Below are positions 45,910 to 54,549 of a DNA stretch of 64,000 nt, piece by piece. A program made the translations under genes and the position numbers. The notes under the pieces were generated by a model that made no database searches, had not been told where the DNA came from, and was given only the letters and a program-made list of their open reading frames with translations. This stretch comes from an uncultured virus (IMG/VR IMGVR_UViG_2651870170_000001) (lineage: Duplodnaviria > Heunggongvirae > Uroviricota > Caudoviricetes): the IMG/VR virus record IMGVR_UViG_2651870170_000001. One strand, given 5' to 3'. Position 1 is the first letter of the stretch. Every line of letters begins with the position of its first letter.

Positions 45910-46535
45910 TACGCGGCCTCCGCTTCAAGCACGCATTGCGCGAGAATGGCGGCGCACTTCGCCGCACGCTCCGCGGTCTGCGTTGACGGATAGGCGCGAC
46001 CGACCGCAGACAGGATCGCATCGCGGCAGTGGATCGGCGTTTCGACAGCCATTGACTGACCGTTGAGCGCCTTCCCGCGCATGAGAAAGTCGTACGCCCA
46101 GCCCGGATGAGCCGAAGAAAATCTTGCCGTTCGGGTCAGCCGCTGGATGCGGCCCATGTTTTCGGCGATGACCTTCGGGTCTGCCGGCTCGATATGCTCG
46201 ATCTGCCGCGCGGTGTGTGCCGCCTGCTCCGCACGAGCCTGCTTGCAGAGATTGACGAACTCCGGGAGCGTCGGCGGCTTTGGGATCGCGGTCAGGGAGT
46301 CGCTGCCGGCCTTCAGCTGCTCACGCGAAAGCTTGAAAAGCTCAACCGCCCACGCCTTCTGCACCTCGTCGACTTTCGAGCCTCGCCACATGTCCGCGAA
46401 GCGTGCGCCGTAGAACGCGCTCATCTTCGAAAACAATGTTTCGATCCAGCGCTTAGGAAGGGCGTTAAGAGGCCAGTCCGGCGCAGCCGGGCGCTCATAC
46501 ATCGATGATTCGGTCATTGTGCTCAGGTCGTTCAT
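45909..46535 (-). CDS. Replication protein P-like (helicase loader)
   Basis: FYGARFADMW, PPTLPEFVNLC; directly after initiator. Confidence 0.65.
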   Translation of the reverse strand: MNDLSTMTESSMYERPAAPDWPLNALPKRWIETLFSKMSAFYGARFADMWRGSKVDEVQKAWAVELFKLSREQLKAGSDSLTAIPKPPTLPEFVNLCKQARAEQAAHTARQIEHIEPADPKVIAENMGRIQRLTRTARFSSAHPGWAYDFLMRGKALNGQSMAVETPIHCRDAILSAVGRAYPSTQTAERAAKCAAILAQCVLEAEAA

Positions 46536-47316
46536 GGTCGCTATTCCTGCCAGTCAATGCTGCGATGGTCTCTGCGCGTTCGTCGTGGTAGGTGCGAGGC
46601 GAAGCACGGGCTTGCGCGGTCCGGGGAGAGTTGGCTTCGCGCGTCCACGCCTCAGCGATCGAGACCACATAGCCCGCACTGATCCGCTGCCCCGGCTTTT
46701 TCGACTTCGCCTCTCCGCATGCAGCCTCAACGGTCTCGACCGTTACGCCAGCCTCGGCGGCAGCGATAATTCGCGGATCGCCCGACTGAGATTCAATGCT
46801 ATGCCCGCGCATTGCTGCGCTCAGTTGTGCGGGGCTCGCGCATGCACGCGAGGAATCTGCAGAAGCGTGTGTATTGCCTATGGTTTGTTCTTCTCTTCTC
46901 TTCTCTTCTTTAGCTAACGCACTCGTAACGGCCTCATCCTGTTTTTGTAACGGTTCCTGCGTTACAGCGGCACTTCCTCTGTGTTTTCCGACGCGCTTGG
47001 CAGTCTGCGCGCGGCTCTTGGCGGATGCTCCGTTGTGATCGTCGAATTTGAAGATGCGCACGCCGCCTTCAATTTCCTCAATCCAGCCGATTTCCACGAG
47101 CGCACTTCCAAGACTTGAAACACCAGTCTTTCGAGTGATTGCCGCCGCAGTGAGACCGGGCAGAATCCCATCTGCCGAGTGATCATCGGCAGTCGCCCAA
47201 AGCCAGTACAGACCGCCAATGACGGCAGCCTCTTCGCATCCGGTCAGGTCGCACAGATGCGAGACTCGAGGATCATTCCAGAGATTGGTGCGCATCTTGA
47301 TCCACTCACCAGCCAT
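46495..47316 (-). CDS. Replication initiator (O-like)
   Basis: MAGEWIKMRTNLWNDPRV, GGLYWLW, FDDHNG, EEKRREE linker. Confidence 0.75.
   Translation of the reverse strand: MAGEWIKMRTNLWNDPRVSHLCDLTGCEEAAVIGGLYWLWATADDHSADGILPGLTAAAITRKTGVSSLGSALVEIGWIEEIEGGVRIFKFDDHNGASAKSRAQTAKRVGKHRGSAAVTQEPLQKQDEAVTSALAKEEKRREEQTIGNTHASADSSRACASPAQLSAAMRGHSIESQSGDPRIIAAAEAGVTVETVEAACGEAKSKKPGQRISAGYVVSIAEAWTREANSPRTAQARASPRTYHDERAETIAALTGRNSDHERPEHNDRIIDV
46885..46966. repeat. Replication origin candidate: (G/C)TAACG/CGTTAC iterons plus CT-rich run
   Basis: Four hexamer copies next to TTCTC repeats within the initiator gene. Confidence 0.5.
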
Positions 47317-47330
47317 ACATTTCTCACTTA

Positions 47331-47383
47331 CGTAACGTCGTAGTTCGGAGTGCGTAACGCTGTGAGCGTTACATGTGCGTTAC
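47331..47383. repeat. Second GTAACG/CGTTAC cluster upstream of initiator
   Basis: Four copies in about 55 bp, two in each orientation. Confidence 0.5.
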
Positions 47384-47395
47384 CGAAACGAGCGG

Positions 47396-48253
47396 CTATA
47401 CCGCCGCCTGCACCTCAAAGTCCCACATCGCCTCCTTGGCCTCAGCGAGCCCCGGCAGCGCGACTGGCTCGTCGATCCCCAGCACCCAGCGCAATGCCTT
47501 GGCTCGCTCGCCAGTCGGATCGACTTCCAGTTCGGCCAGAATCTGCTTGCGGGTCTTCATGCGAGGCCTGTCATCGCCCAGCACCTCTCGCTGCTTCCGG
47601 GCGCGCTCATGCGGCCCTACGCCATTGCCAGCGGCAACCAGTTCTGCAACCTTGGCTCGCTGTTCGGCGGGTTCCAGAGAGGCGAGTTGCTTCGCGTGTG
47701 TGACGCCGATCCTTCCCGACTCGACAGCCTTCTGGACGTCGGCGCAACATTCGAGCAGCGCGAGGGTATTGCGTACCGTGGCGGGTTTGCAGCCGAATAC
47801 CACAGCAATATCCCGCTCGTCGCGGCCGATCGCCATCAGCCGGCGCATTTTCTCGGCGCGGCCCAGCGGCGTGTCAGCCTGACGGACCTCGTTCTCGCTC
47901 ACGATCACGTCAAGCGCGTTGCGTCGCTCGCCCTTATGGACGTAGGCCGGAACGTGAATCGGTGCGACGCCGCGACCCTTGCGCCATTCGTTGGCGAGCC
48001 GTGTGGCCTTCACTCGTTGGCGGCCGACGATCACCTCAACGTCGCCCGTCTCGGGATTCTTCTGGATCAGGACCGGCTCAAGCACTCCTTGATAGTCGAT
48101 GTTCCGTGCGAGGTCTTCATCGACCGGCAGATGCACGCGCGGATCGTAGAGCGGTGAAGCCTCGTCGGTAACCAGCATCAGCACTTCGGGATCGAAGTAG
48201 AGGAGGTTGGTCTTGCCGGATGCGCCGTAAGCGTCGATAGAGTTTTTAGCCAA
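47396..48253 (-). CDS. ParB/Srx-like N-terminal domain protein
   Basis: GVLEPVLI, VIVGRQRVKA, SENEVR, HTH IAVVFGCKPATVRN. Confidence 0.8.
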   Translation of the reverse strand: MAKNSIDAYGASGKTNLLYFDPEVLMLVTDEASPLYDPRVHLPVDEDLARNIDYQGVLEPVLIQKNPETGDVEVIVGRQRVKATRLANEWRKGRGVAPIHVPAYVHKGERRNALDVIVSENEVRQADTPLGRAEKMRRLMAIGRDERDIAVVFGCKPATVRNTLALLECCADVQKAVESGRIGVTHAKQLASLEPAEQRAKVAELVAAGNGVGPHERARKQREVLGDDRPRMKTRKQILAELEVDPTGERAKALRWVLGIDEPVALPGLAEAKEAMWDFEVQAAV

Positions 48254-48283
48254 TTGAGGCTCCTTGCTTGTCGTATTGGTCGC

Positions 48284-48382
48284 TCACAAAGCCCCCTGAA
48301 CCCGCATAACCAGCGCACAAACTGCCCAGAGCGCGAGGAATCCGCCGAGGACTAGGGAGGTGAGAATCAGCAGAGGCTTCAT
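48284..48382 (-). CDS. Small membrane peptide
   Basis: MKPLLILTSLVLGGFLALWAVCAL; GGAG RBS. Confidence 0.45.
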   Translation of the reverse strand: MKPLLILTSLVLGGFLALWAVCALVMRVQGAL

Positions 48383-48693
48383 GCTGGCTCCCGGAGGTCT
48401 TCGATAATCTCGTCGTCGACAGGAACGCCGGAAATCGGGCGAAGAATTGCGTCTTGAATGCTTCTCTCGCGAAAGAGAAGGAATCGGCCTAGGCTGGTTT
48501 TCATCGGCAAAGGCGTCGAACTTCTGACGAACCAGCAGGGAGCCTCTATCCGCAGATACACCACATCTCCAGCAATAGACGGATAAGCCTCTCCGGGAAC
48601 TGCGCGACGCAGGATCTCGACCACGCGACCGGTAAGACCGGGTGTTGCACATGGGCCTACGATGATTGCCAGATCGCCAGGTTTTACGTTCAC
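48379..48693 (-). CDS. Hypothetical protein (KOW/SH3-like)
   Basis: VKPGDLAIIV...LRPI; GGAGG RBS. Confidence 0.65.
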   Translation of the reverse strand: MNVKPGDLAIIVGPCATPGLTGRVVEILRRAVPGEAYPSIAGDVVYLRIEAPCWFVRSSTPLPMKTSLGRFLLFRERSIQDAILRPISGVPVDDEIIEDLREPA

Positions 48694-48887
48694 AGCACAC
48701 CTCCAATCAAACACTCCACGACACCAGCAATAGCCAGTGCACAGAGCAGGGCAAGCGAAACGAAAAACGTCGCCGGCGACTCAAGAACCCGGTCGACGAT
48801 GGAACGGTCGCGGGGCACGTAGCGAAGGCTGCGATACCAGTGGTCGCGCTGCATGGCGGTAGTGACTGCGCCGTTGGTGGGGGTCAT
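48690..48887 (-). CDS. Small membrane protein
   Basis: C-terminal TM; AGGAG RBS. Confidence 0.55.
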   Translation of the reverse strand: MTPTNGAVTTAMQRDHWYRSLRYVPRDRSIVDRVLESPATFFVSLALLCALAIAGVVECLIGGVL

Positions 48888-49285
48888 GCCGCACTCCTGA
48901 TCTCAGTGAACAGACGGCGCTCGACCGCGCGTTCGGCTCTTTCTTGCGCGAGTTCCTCGCGGGTAATCCTCAACTCGCGCTCAAGTTCCGTCTCTTGCCG
49001 GCGCAGGCTGTAAAGGTCATAGCCACGTTGATGCAGCATCCACAGGAGCGGCGCATCGTTACCGCACACGTCCATCAGCTTCACGAACTTGGCCCACACG
49101 ATTCCTTCCTGCCCCGACTGCCAGCGGCTGAACTGGGCCTTGTCGACTTCCAGTTCCTGCTGCAGCGTCTTATCCAGTTCAAAGCCTGCTGCCTTGGCGC
49201 AAAGACCGATCGCGCCGCCTAGTGACTTCTCCCGCTCAATCTCGCGGGCCGTTACTTCAACAGGGATTCCGGCTTGGGTACTCAT
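48884..49285 (-). CDS. CII-like transcriptional regulator
   Basis: Position after cro; DKAQFSRW HTH, LMDVCGNDAPLLW. Confidence 0.65.
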   Translation of the reverse strand: MSTQAGIPVEVTAREIEREKSLGGAIGLCAKAAGFELDKTLQQELEVDKAQFSRWQSGQEGIVWAKFVKLMDVCGNDAPLLWMLHQRGYDLYSLRRQETELERELRITREELAQERAERAVERRLFTEIRSAA

Positions 49286-49405
49286 GGTCAGCAACCTTGT
49301 TGTGTGGTGTTGAGAGGCTAAAAAGGGCCAAAGTAAAGGCTGACAACTTCGCCAGCCTTCTGCCCTGATATGAACTACTGCCCCCAACCCGCTAGTTATG
49401 TATTG

Positions 49406-49417
49406 TTGTTAAACAGC
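49406..49417 (-). promoter_or_regulatory. nutR boxA-like site
   Basis: GCTGTTTAACAA at end of cro resembles boxA consensus GCTCTTTAACA. Confidence 0.5.
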
Positions 49418-49747
49418 TCGCGTTGCGGCTCGCGCCTGCTTAGTAGTACTACTGGTCCCGCCGACAGGTGGCTGAACATCGTCGCTTGCGTCCAGATCCC
49501 TCAGGTGCTCCGGCAACCCATCAGATGGATGGGGATAAAGCCGAGGTGCCAGTTGATGCGGAGTCCACTTCCACTGCGTTTGCTCGGACAGCCAGAGCAC
49601 CCGGCCCGGAGGCAGCTTCTTGCGCCATTTACTGATCGCCCAGGGACTCAGTTTCAGCAATCGCGCGACAGCGCTGTCTCCGCCAAGGTCATCAAGGGCC
49701 TCAGCGACGGAGGGCGGAGCGGATTCGGTATCATGTTCGGTAGCCAT
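49409..49747 (-). CDS. cro: Cro-like repressor (YdaS family)
   Basis: LGGDSAVARLLKLSPWAISKW, TPHQLAPRLYPHPSDGLP; divergent from repressor. Confidence 0.85.
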   Translation of the reverse strand: MATEHDTESAPPSVAEALDDLGGDSAVARLLKLSPWAISKWRKKLPPGRVLWLSEQTQWKWTPHQLAPRLYPHPSDGLPEHLRDLDASDDVQPPVGGTSSTTKQARAATRAV

Positions 49748-49757
49748 GACCACATGA

Positions 49758-49842
49758 TGCTACACAAAGTAGAAAACATCAAGAACAAAAAGTAGAAATG
49801 ACGGATGCTCCTACTCCTGATAGCCTTCTACCTATGGTAGAA
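49758..49842. promoter_or_regulatory. Right operator: CTAC-N5-GTAG palindromic sites and pRM-like promoter
   Basis: TGCTACACAAAGTAGAA (49758), AAGAACAAAAAGTAGAA (49781), CTACTCCTGATAG (49811), TTCTACCTATGGTAGAA (49826); ATGACG-N17-TAGCCT 7 nt before ATG 49834. Confidence 0.7.
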
Positions 49843-50886
49843 ACAACAGATCAATACCCGGTGAGGTACCCGGAGTTCGCGGCACGCCTGCAGAAAGCAA
49901 TGGCGGATAAACCTATCGACGTGAACGGGGTAGTTGAGTACTTCAAACAGAACCAGAAGAAAATCACGTACGAGATGGTGCGTCGCTACAAGGAGGGCCG
50001 GGCGATGCCGAGAACGGAAAGGCTCGAGCTATTGGCCGCCGCCGTGGGCGTCAAGCCCGTGGATCTCGTCTACGGAGAGGAAGAGGGTGCAGAAGATGCA
50101 TCCGATGAGCATAAAAAGGACGCCGGCGATGTTCCGATCAGCGAGCCGTTGGGACTCATATTTGACAATTCAGCAGAAAGCGAAGAGGCTACGCTACTTG
50201 CTGGAATGTCCTCCCCTCAGCAGCGTCTTAAAGCAGCTCTAGGACCAGAATCCGTGTCTGCCGAGGCTTTAGCGAGCATCGCAAAGGTCGGCATAGACGT
50301 CGCTTCCCAGTGGTTGGCCGGAGAGGGCCAGGAAATTACACTGCTGCAGGCGATTGCGATACAAAACACATACGGGGTCAACTCTGTTTGGCTGACAAAG
50401 GGATTGGGCAATCCTGGCGTCGCGGTGCGCTGGAGCGATGAGTACCGTCCGATCCCCATTAAAGGCTTCAGAGTTATTCCGGTGGTAGGCATGGCACAGC
50501 TTGGAGACAACGGGCATTGGTCGGACCTGGAATATCCTGTAGGGCATGGCAACGGTTACGTCGACTTCCCCTCAAGAGACAAGGACGCCTATGCTTTGAA
50601 GTGCGAAGGGGACTCAATGTCGCCCCGCATAGAAGCAGGTGAGTTTGTAATCTGCGAACCCAATACACCCGTCAAGGCGGGGAAGAACGTTCTCCTGAAG
50701 TCCAAGGATGGACGGGTGATGGTCAAGAAGTTCCTCTACAGCGCTGCGGGGCGCGTCTACCTCATTTCCATCAACAAGGCTCACCCGCCGATCTCCTTCG
50801 CCAGGGAAGAGATCGAAAAGATGCACTTCATCCGAGCCATCGTCGACGAAGATTCCTGGATACCCGATCTTCCGACCTCGGTCTGA
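49834..50886 (+). CDS. cI: CI-like repressor with two XRE HTH domains and S24 peptidase
   Basis: HTH1 FAARL...VRRYKEGRAMP; HTH2 QQRLK...VASQWLAG...VWLTKG; IPVVG, GDSMSP, VKK. Confidence 0.85.
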   Translation: MVETTDQYPVRYPEFAARLQKAMADKPIDVNGVVEYFKQNQKKITYEMVRRYKEGRAMPRTERLELLAAAVGVKPVDLVYGEEEGAEDASDEHKKDAGDVPISEPLGLIFDNSAESEEATLLAGMSSPQQRLKAALGPESVSAEALASIAKVGIDVASQWLAGEGQEITLLQAIAIQNTYGVNSVWLTKGLGNPGVAVRWSDEYRPIPIKGFRVIPVVGMAQLGDNGHWSDLEYPVGHGNGYVDFPSRDKDAYALKCEGDSMSPRIEAGEFVICEPNTPVKAGKNVLLKSKDGRVMVKKFLYSAAGRVYLISINKAHPPISFAREEIEKMHFIRAIVDEDSWIPDLPTSV

Positions 50887-50906
50887 TTTACTGACCGGAC
50901 CCAAAC

Positions 50907-50930
50907 AGCCCGCCTTGAGCGGGCTTTTTT
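50907..50930 (+). terminator. Intrinsic terminator after repressor
   Basis: AGCCCGC-CTTGA-GCGGGCT plus T-run. Confidence 0.8.
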
Positions 50931-50949
50931 ACGACTGCAGAAAATCAAA

Positions 50950-50999
50950 TGCTACTTTCGGTCGAAAAAACTTGACATCGATGCTACGCAAAGTAGAAT
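50950..50999 (+). promoter_or_regulatory. pL promoter with left operators
   Basis: TTGACA-N16-TAGAAT; operators TGCTACTTTCGGTCGAA (50950) and TGCTACGCAAAGTAGAA (50982). Confidence 0.8.
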
Positions 51000-51037
51000 G
51001 AAGTCATCGAGTCACCCACACCACCCTGGAGGAAGAG

Positions 51038-51373
51038 ATGAACGCAGACCAGCGAGAGGAACTGATCGCCACAGTTAAGCAGACCGGCGAAGCACACGAC
51101 GCAGCGAAGTTGGCGCTCGAGCTTTTCGAACGCGACCCGAAGAACAATGTTTTCGAGTCCCTCGCCAAGGCGGAGTACGAGCTTGAAGATGTTCTGCGCG
51201 ACAGAGCGTCGGCTGATTGCGAAGGCTCGTATAACTGCGGCGCCGACGAATACCGCCAAGGGTTTTTCGTTGATGGTGTCGAGTATGTCGCCATTGCGTC
51301 GGTGGAGTACAACCGGCACGACAAGACGTATTACTACGTCGAAGAGTTCGATTTCAGCATCGAAGCAGTTTAA
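51038..51373 (+). CDS. Hypothetical acidic protein, first gene of pL operon
   Basis: GGAGG RBS. Confidence 0.7.
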   Translation: MNADQREELIATVKQTGEAHDAAKLALELFERDPKNNVFESLAKAEYELEDVLRDRASADCEGSYNCGADEYRQGFFVDGVEYVAIASVEYNRHDKTYYYVEEFDFSIEAV

Positions 51374-51374
51374 C

Positions 51375-52150
51375 TGTCCGCAGCGAGAAGCCTTCCACGG
51401 TTTCTCAGTACGGATACCGCTTTAAATGCGCATGGCCGCGCAGAAAAAGGCCCGTGACCCGGCAGAGCCGATAGCGAACGATCTTTAACCTGACCAGAAG
51501 GCATACCAGTAATGGCGGGGCCAACGCGCTACCCCGGAGAAGATCGGCGCCTATCAAACCGTGGTGGTTCGGCTAGTGATCCACGGTGAGATTGATAACA
51601 GACATACGCAACCCGGAGCTGGCTCGGCCAGGTGTAGCCGGGTGCGTATGTGTAGCAGTTTTTCTGAAAGAGCGCTGAACTCCCAACACAGACTGAGTAT
51701 CCGTCGCCAGTAGCCGCGTAGATCCGTTGGCCTCCCATAGCCCGGTAGCGCCGAACCCGACACGAAGGTCTCCCTGATAGTACCAGCGCTCTCCCAGAAG
51801 AATTGCAAGTTACACCCCGAGAGGGCCACGCTGCAGCAGCACGCAGCAATCCAGGCACATTCGAGAACTGGGTGAATCGCCTGGTAGGTCCGCACGCTAG
51901 GCAAGTGCGCCGAGTCTCCGGCAGCTTGCTTGACCCTGCGCTGACGCAGTGGCACCCGACTCAAGATGTCCCGCCTCATATGGGGAATGACGAGCCGCCG
52001 CACGCGGGTAAGCGGCACCAATTCCTCGCCCTGCGGACAAAAGGGCATACGACCGGCCACTAGGCCATCAGCGAAAGGGGATGCCGCCCGCCAGGCGGCT
52101 TATTGAATAACTTGGGCGTCGCTTTGATGTAGGCGCTTAGGACTACAAAT
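51375..52150 (+). ncRNA. Long structured non-coding early transcript region with nutL boxA-like site
   Basis: Successive hairpins (51375-51416, 51552-51597, 51602-51651, 51655-51806); CGATCTTTAAC at 51479. Confidence 0.5.
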
Positions 52151-52167
52151 CTACGAAGGGGATCGAC

Positions 52168-52974
52168 ATGAGTGATGAACAGAAGCAGGAACCGATTCAA
52201 TCCGTGAAAGGCTTCAACGCAGACATGACGTGCCGAGGCTTCCAATTCGAACCGAACGGAACCTACACGCATTCAGGCGACGCGGTTGCATGCGAATCCG
52301 GCTTTCATGCGGTCTCTGGTTATCCGCTCGAAGTTCTGAAGTACTACCCGCCAGCAGGTAGCCGATTCTTTCATGTCGAGCAATCCGGCCAACTGGCTAC
52401 GCATGCGGAAGATTCGAAGGTTGCCAGCACGGTCCTGAAGATCGGCGCGGAATTGAGCCTTGCGGGCCTTATCAGGCTGGCCGTTGAATACACGACGTCT
52501 CGCTGCAAGCCGATTGATCCCACATCGCCCGCATGGTCGACTGAGACCAACGGGGCGGCGGTCGAGACCATCAAAAACGGTGCTGCCACGGCCAGCGGCG
52601 ACAGCGGTGCTGCCACGGCCAGCGGCNNNNNNNNNNNNNNNNNNNNNNNNNNNNNNNNNNNNNNNNNNNNNNNNNNNNNNNNNNNNGGTGCTGCCACGGC
52701 CAGCGGCGACAGCGGTGCTGCCACGGCCAGCGGCGACAGCGGTGCTGCCACGGCAGAAGGCAAGCATTCCGTCGCGACCGCCTCTGGTTTTCACGGGAAG
52801 GCTCGAGGCGTCGAAGGTGCTGCGCTGTTCCTCGTCTACCGCGACGAAACATATGCCGACGACACACACGGCCGAATCCTTCACGCCAAGGCTGCAATCG
52901 TCGGACAGGCCGGAATCAAGGAGATGGTTTTTTACGCGCTGAATGCTAGCGGCGAAATTGTTGAAGCGGAGTAA
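52168..52974 (+). CDS. Phage protein with GAATASGDS repeats (DUF7666-like)
   Basis: KGFNADMTCRGFQFE, CESGFHA, PLEVLKYYPP; repeats interrupted by a 60-N gap. Confidence 0.75.
   Translation: MSDEQKQEPIQSVKGFNADMTCRGFQFEPNGTYTHSGDAVACESGFHAVSGYPLEVLKYYPPAGSRFFHVEQSGQLATHAEDSKVASTVLKIGAELSLAGLIRLAVEYTTSRCKPIDPTSPAWSTETNGAAVETIKNGAATASGDSGAATASGXXXXXXXXXXXXXXXXXXXXGAATASGDSGAATASGDSGAATAEGKHSVATASGFHGKARGVEGAALFLVYRDETYADDTHGRILHAKAAIVGQAGIKEMVFYALNASGEIVEAE
52579..52754 (+). repeat. 27-bp tandem repeat GGTGCTGCCACGGCCAGCGGCGACAGC
   Basis: Identical units on both sides of N gap 52627-52686; register preserved across the gap (about 6.5 units). Confidence 0.85.
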
Positions 52975-52977
52975 ATC

Positions 52978-53118
52978 ATGTTCTACACCGAGTTCGGCTT
53001 TCGGACGTACCGCGTCCGTACATCGCATTACATTTTGCGGTTCGTGAATCACTACGACGAGTATGTCAACTCGGTCCTGGTGCGCAGCGCGGACTACAGC
53101 CAGATCTGTTTGCAGTGA
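52978..53118 (+). CDS. Hypothetical small protein (46 aa)
   Basis: Manually translated MFYTEFGFRTYRVRTSHY...; GGAG RBS. Confidence 0.45.
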   Translation: MFYTEFGFRTYRVRTSHYILRFVNHYDEYVNSVLVRSADYSQICLQ

Positions 53119-53125
53119 GGACGAC

Positions 53126-53350
53126 ATGGATCAGAAAGAGCGAGACGCGTGGAACGCACGACCGATGGTCGTCACTGTGAAAGAGCATTGTCTGGAATGC
53201 AAAACACTGCAGGGGACGGTAGAGCCGCGCGAATACGCATCGTACTGGCCCACTGTTTCCTTGAAATTGACGAGTTGCGCCCCTTGTTTCGAGATCGCCA
53301 AACAAAAGGCGATTACCGAGGCCAAGGCTGAGAGTAGTGCTTATTGCTGA
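53126..53350 (+). CDS. Hypothetical zinc-binding protein
   Basis: CLEC...CAPC; GAGGA RBS. Confidence 0.6.
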   Translation: MDQKERDAWNARPMVVTVKEHCLECKTLQGTVEPREYASYWPTVSLKLTSCAPCFEIAKQKAITEAKAESSAYC

Positions 53351-53359
53351 GGAGGTGAA

Positions 53360-53692
53360 ATGAGCCCATTCGAAGAAGCGCTTAGCCACGCCGCCCAGCA
53401 ATCGATTCTGAAGGTTGTCATGGACGGTCGCTGGATCGAGCCTGACTATGCGAACCGCTTCAAGATTCCCGCCGATCTAATTCGGGACATCTACGGCCTG
53501 GTCGACCGCGAAGCGTTAAAGGTGGCGATCGGCAAGCGTCTCGAAGAAGAACTCGCGGACCGGATCGTCAATGCGCTGGCCGCTGAAATTGCAACTGACA
53601 TCAAGCAGATCCTGTCGGTCAAGGAGCGCCGCGAGGAAATCCGCGAAGTCGCACGGAAACATCTGCAGCACATCGCCAAAGAGGGGGTCTGA
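53360..53692 (+). CDS. Hypothetical protein
   Basis: GGAGG RBS. Confidence 0.7.
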   Translation: MSPFEEALSHAAQQSILKVVMDGRWIEPDYANRFKIPADLIRDIYGLVDREALKVAIGKRLEEELADRIVNALAAEIATDIKQILSVKERREEIREVARKHLQHIAKEGV

Positions 53693-53693
53693 C

Positions 53694-54041
53694 ATGTCCA
53701 AATTCGAACTCGCCCTAGCTATCTGGGCATTCCTTGCGGTATTTGCTGTCGTATTCAACCACGGCGGTCATCGCCGGAAAATTGAGGGGGAGCAAATGCC
53801 GCATTTCACTGATGAACAACTGGCCGAACTTGAAACGGCGTTCGGTATCAAGCGCCAGGACTCGTTGCCTGTACGCGATGGTCGAGTGACGCGTGAATCG
53901 ATGGTCTGGTGGCGCGCGTTGACTGGCCCGGAATGTGTGCGCGCCGACAGCGGGACGCATTGGCACAACATCAGCCAGTTTCCGCATGTGTATCAGATCA
54001 CCAAGCCGATCTACAAAATTCAGTACACGGATGAATCATGA
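53694..54041 (+). CDS. Hypothetical protein (N-terminal TM; internal start possible at 53796)
   Basis: RBS-like sites before both ATGs. Confidence 0.55.
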   Translation: MSKFELALAIWAFLAVFAVVFNHGGHRRKIEGEQMPHFTDEQLAELETAFGIKRQDSLPVRDGRVTRESMVWWRALTGPECVRADSGTHWHNISQFPHVYQITKPIYKIQYTDES

Positions 54042-54268
54042 TCCTTGCCGACCAGCTCCGCTCAATCGTCGCCGAACAACTCTGCATGTCTCCCGCCGAG
54101 ATAGCCGACCACGATTCCCTGTCGCAGAAACACAAGATGGACAGCCTGGATCGCGTCGAGATCGGCCTGACAGTGGAGCATGTCCTGAAGGTCGAACTGG
54201 ATGATGACGTGATGTTTCGGTTCGATACGATTGCCGCGCTGATTGAGGCGGTCGAAGTGGCGGCTTGA
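54038..54268 (+). CDS. Acyl carrier protein
   Basis: LRSIVAEQL...MDSLDRVEI...VE...VELDD...TIAALI; acidic 76 aa with DSL attachment serine. Confidence 0.85.
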   Translation: MILADQLRSIVAEQLCMSPAEIADHDSLSQKHKMDSLDRVEIGLTVEHVLKVELDDDVMFRFDTIAALIEAVEVAA

Positions 54269-54273
54269 AGAAT

Positions 54274-54466
54274 TGACGGGTTGCGGTCGCGCATCCCTTA
54301 ACCGGTGGCCTGGTAATCAGGGCAATCCGGGGCCTTGAGCCCCGCGAGAAATACGGGTGCAACAGTTGGGCGACCGCGTGGTCCACGTCACGGACCGCCC
54401 TGACGAGTGCGTTCGCGTAGTCGCCAGGGCCAAAGCGGATTCTATCCGTTGATCCCGCAGCCGTTA
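54274..54466 (+). ncRNA. Multi-branched structured RNA candidate
   Basis: Closing stem TGACGGGTTGCGG/CCGCAGCCGTTA enclosing several hairpins including a UUCG loop. Confidence 0.45.
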
Positions 54467-54549
54467 TTGCGCACCCGGGCGTAGGCGGGAAGTGCGCGGG
54501 TGAGGATGGTGTAGCGAGTAAGTCCTGACTAAATTTCGGAGTACACATC

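Noticed and set aside
51554..52060. 168-aa minus-strand ORF in the structured leader
   Set aside because: Opposite to pL transcription, no protein-like motifs.
52579..52754. CRISPR array
   Set aside because: Repeats are contiguous, have no spacers and are in-frame coding.
54400..54430. Hammerhead core CTGACGA
   Set aside because: No GAAA after the hairpin; better explained as part of the GCCCTG/CAGGGC stem.
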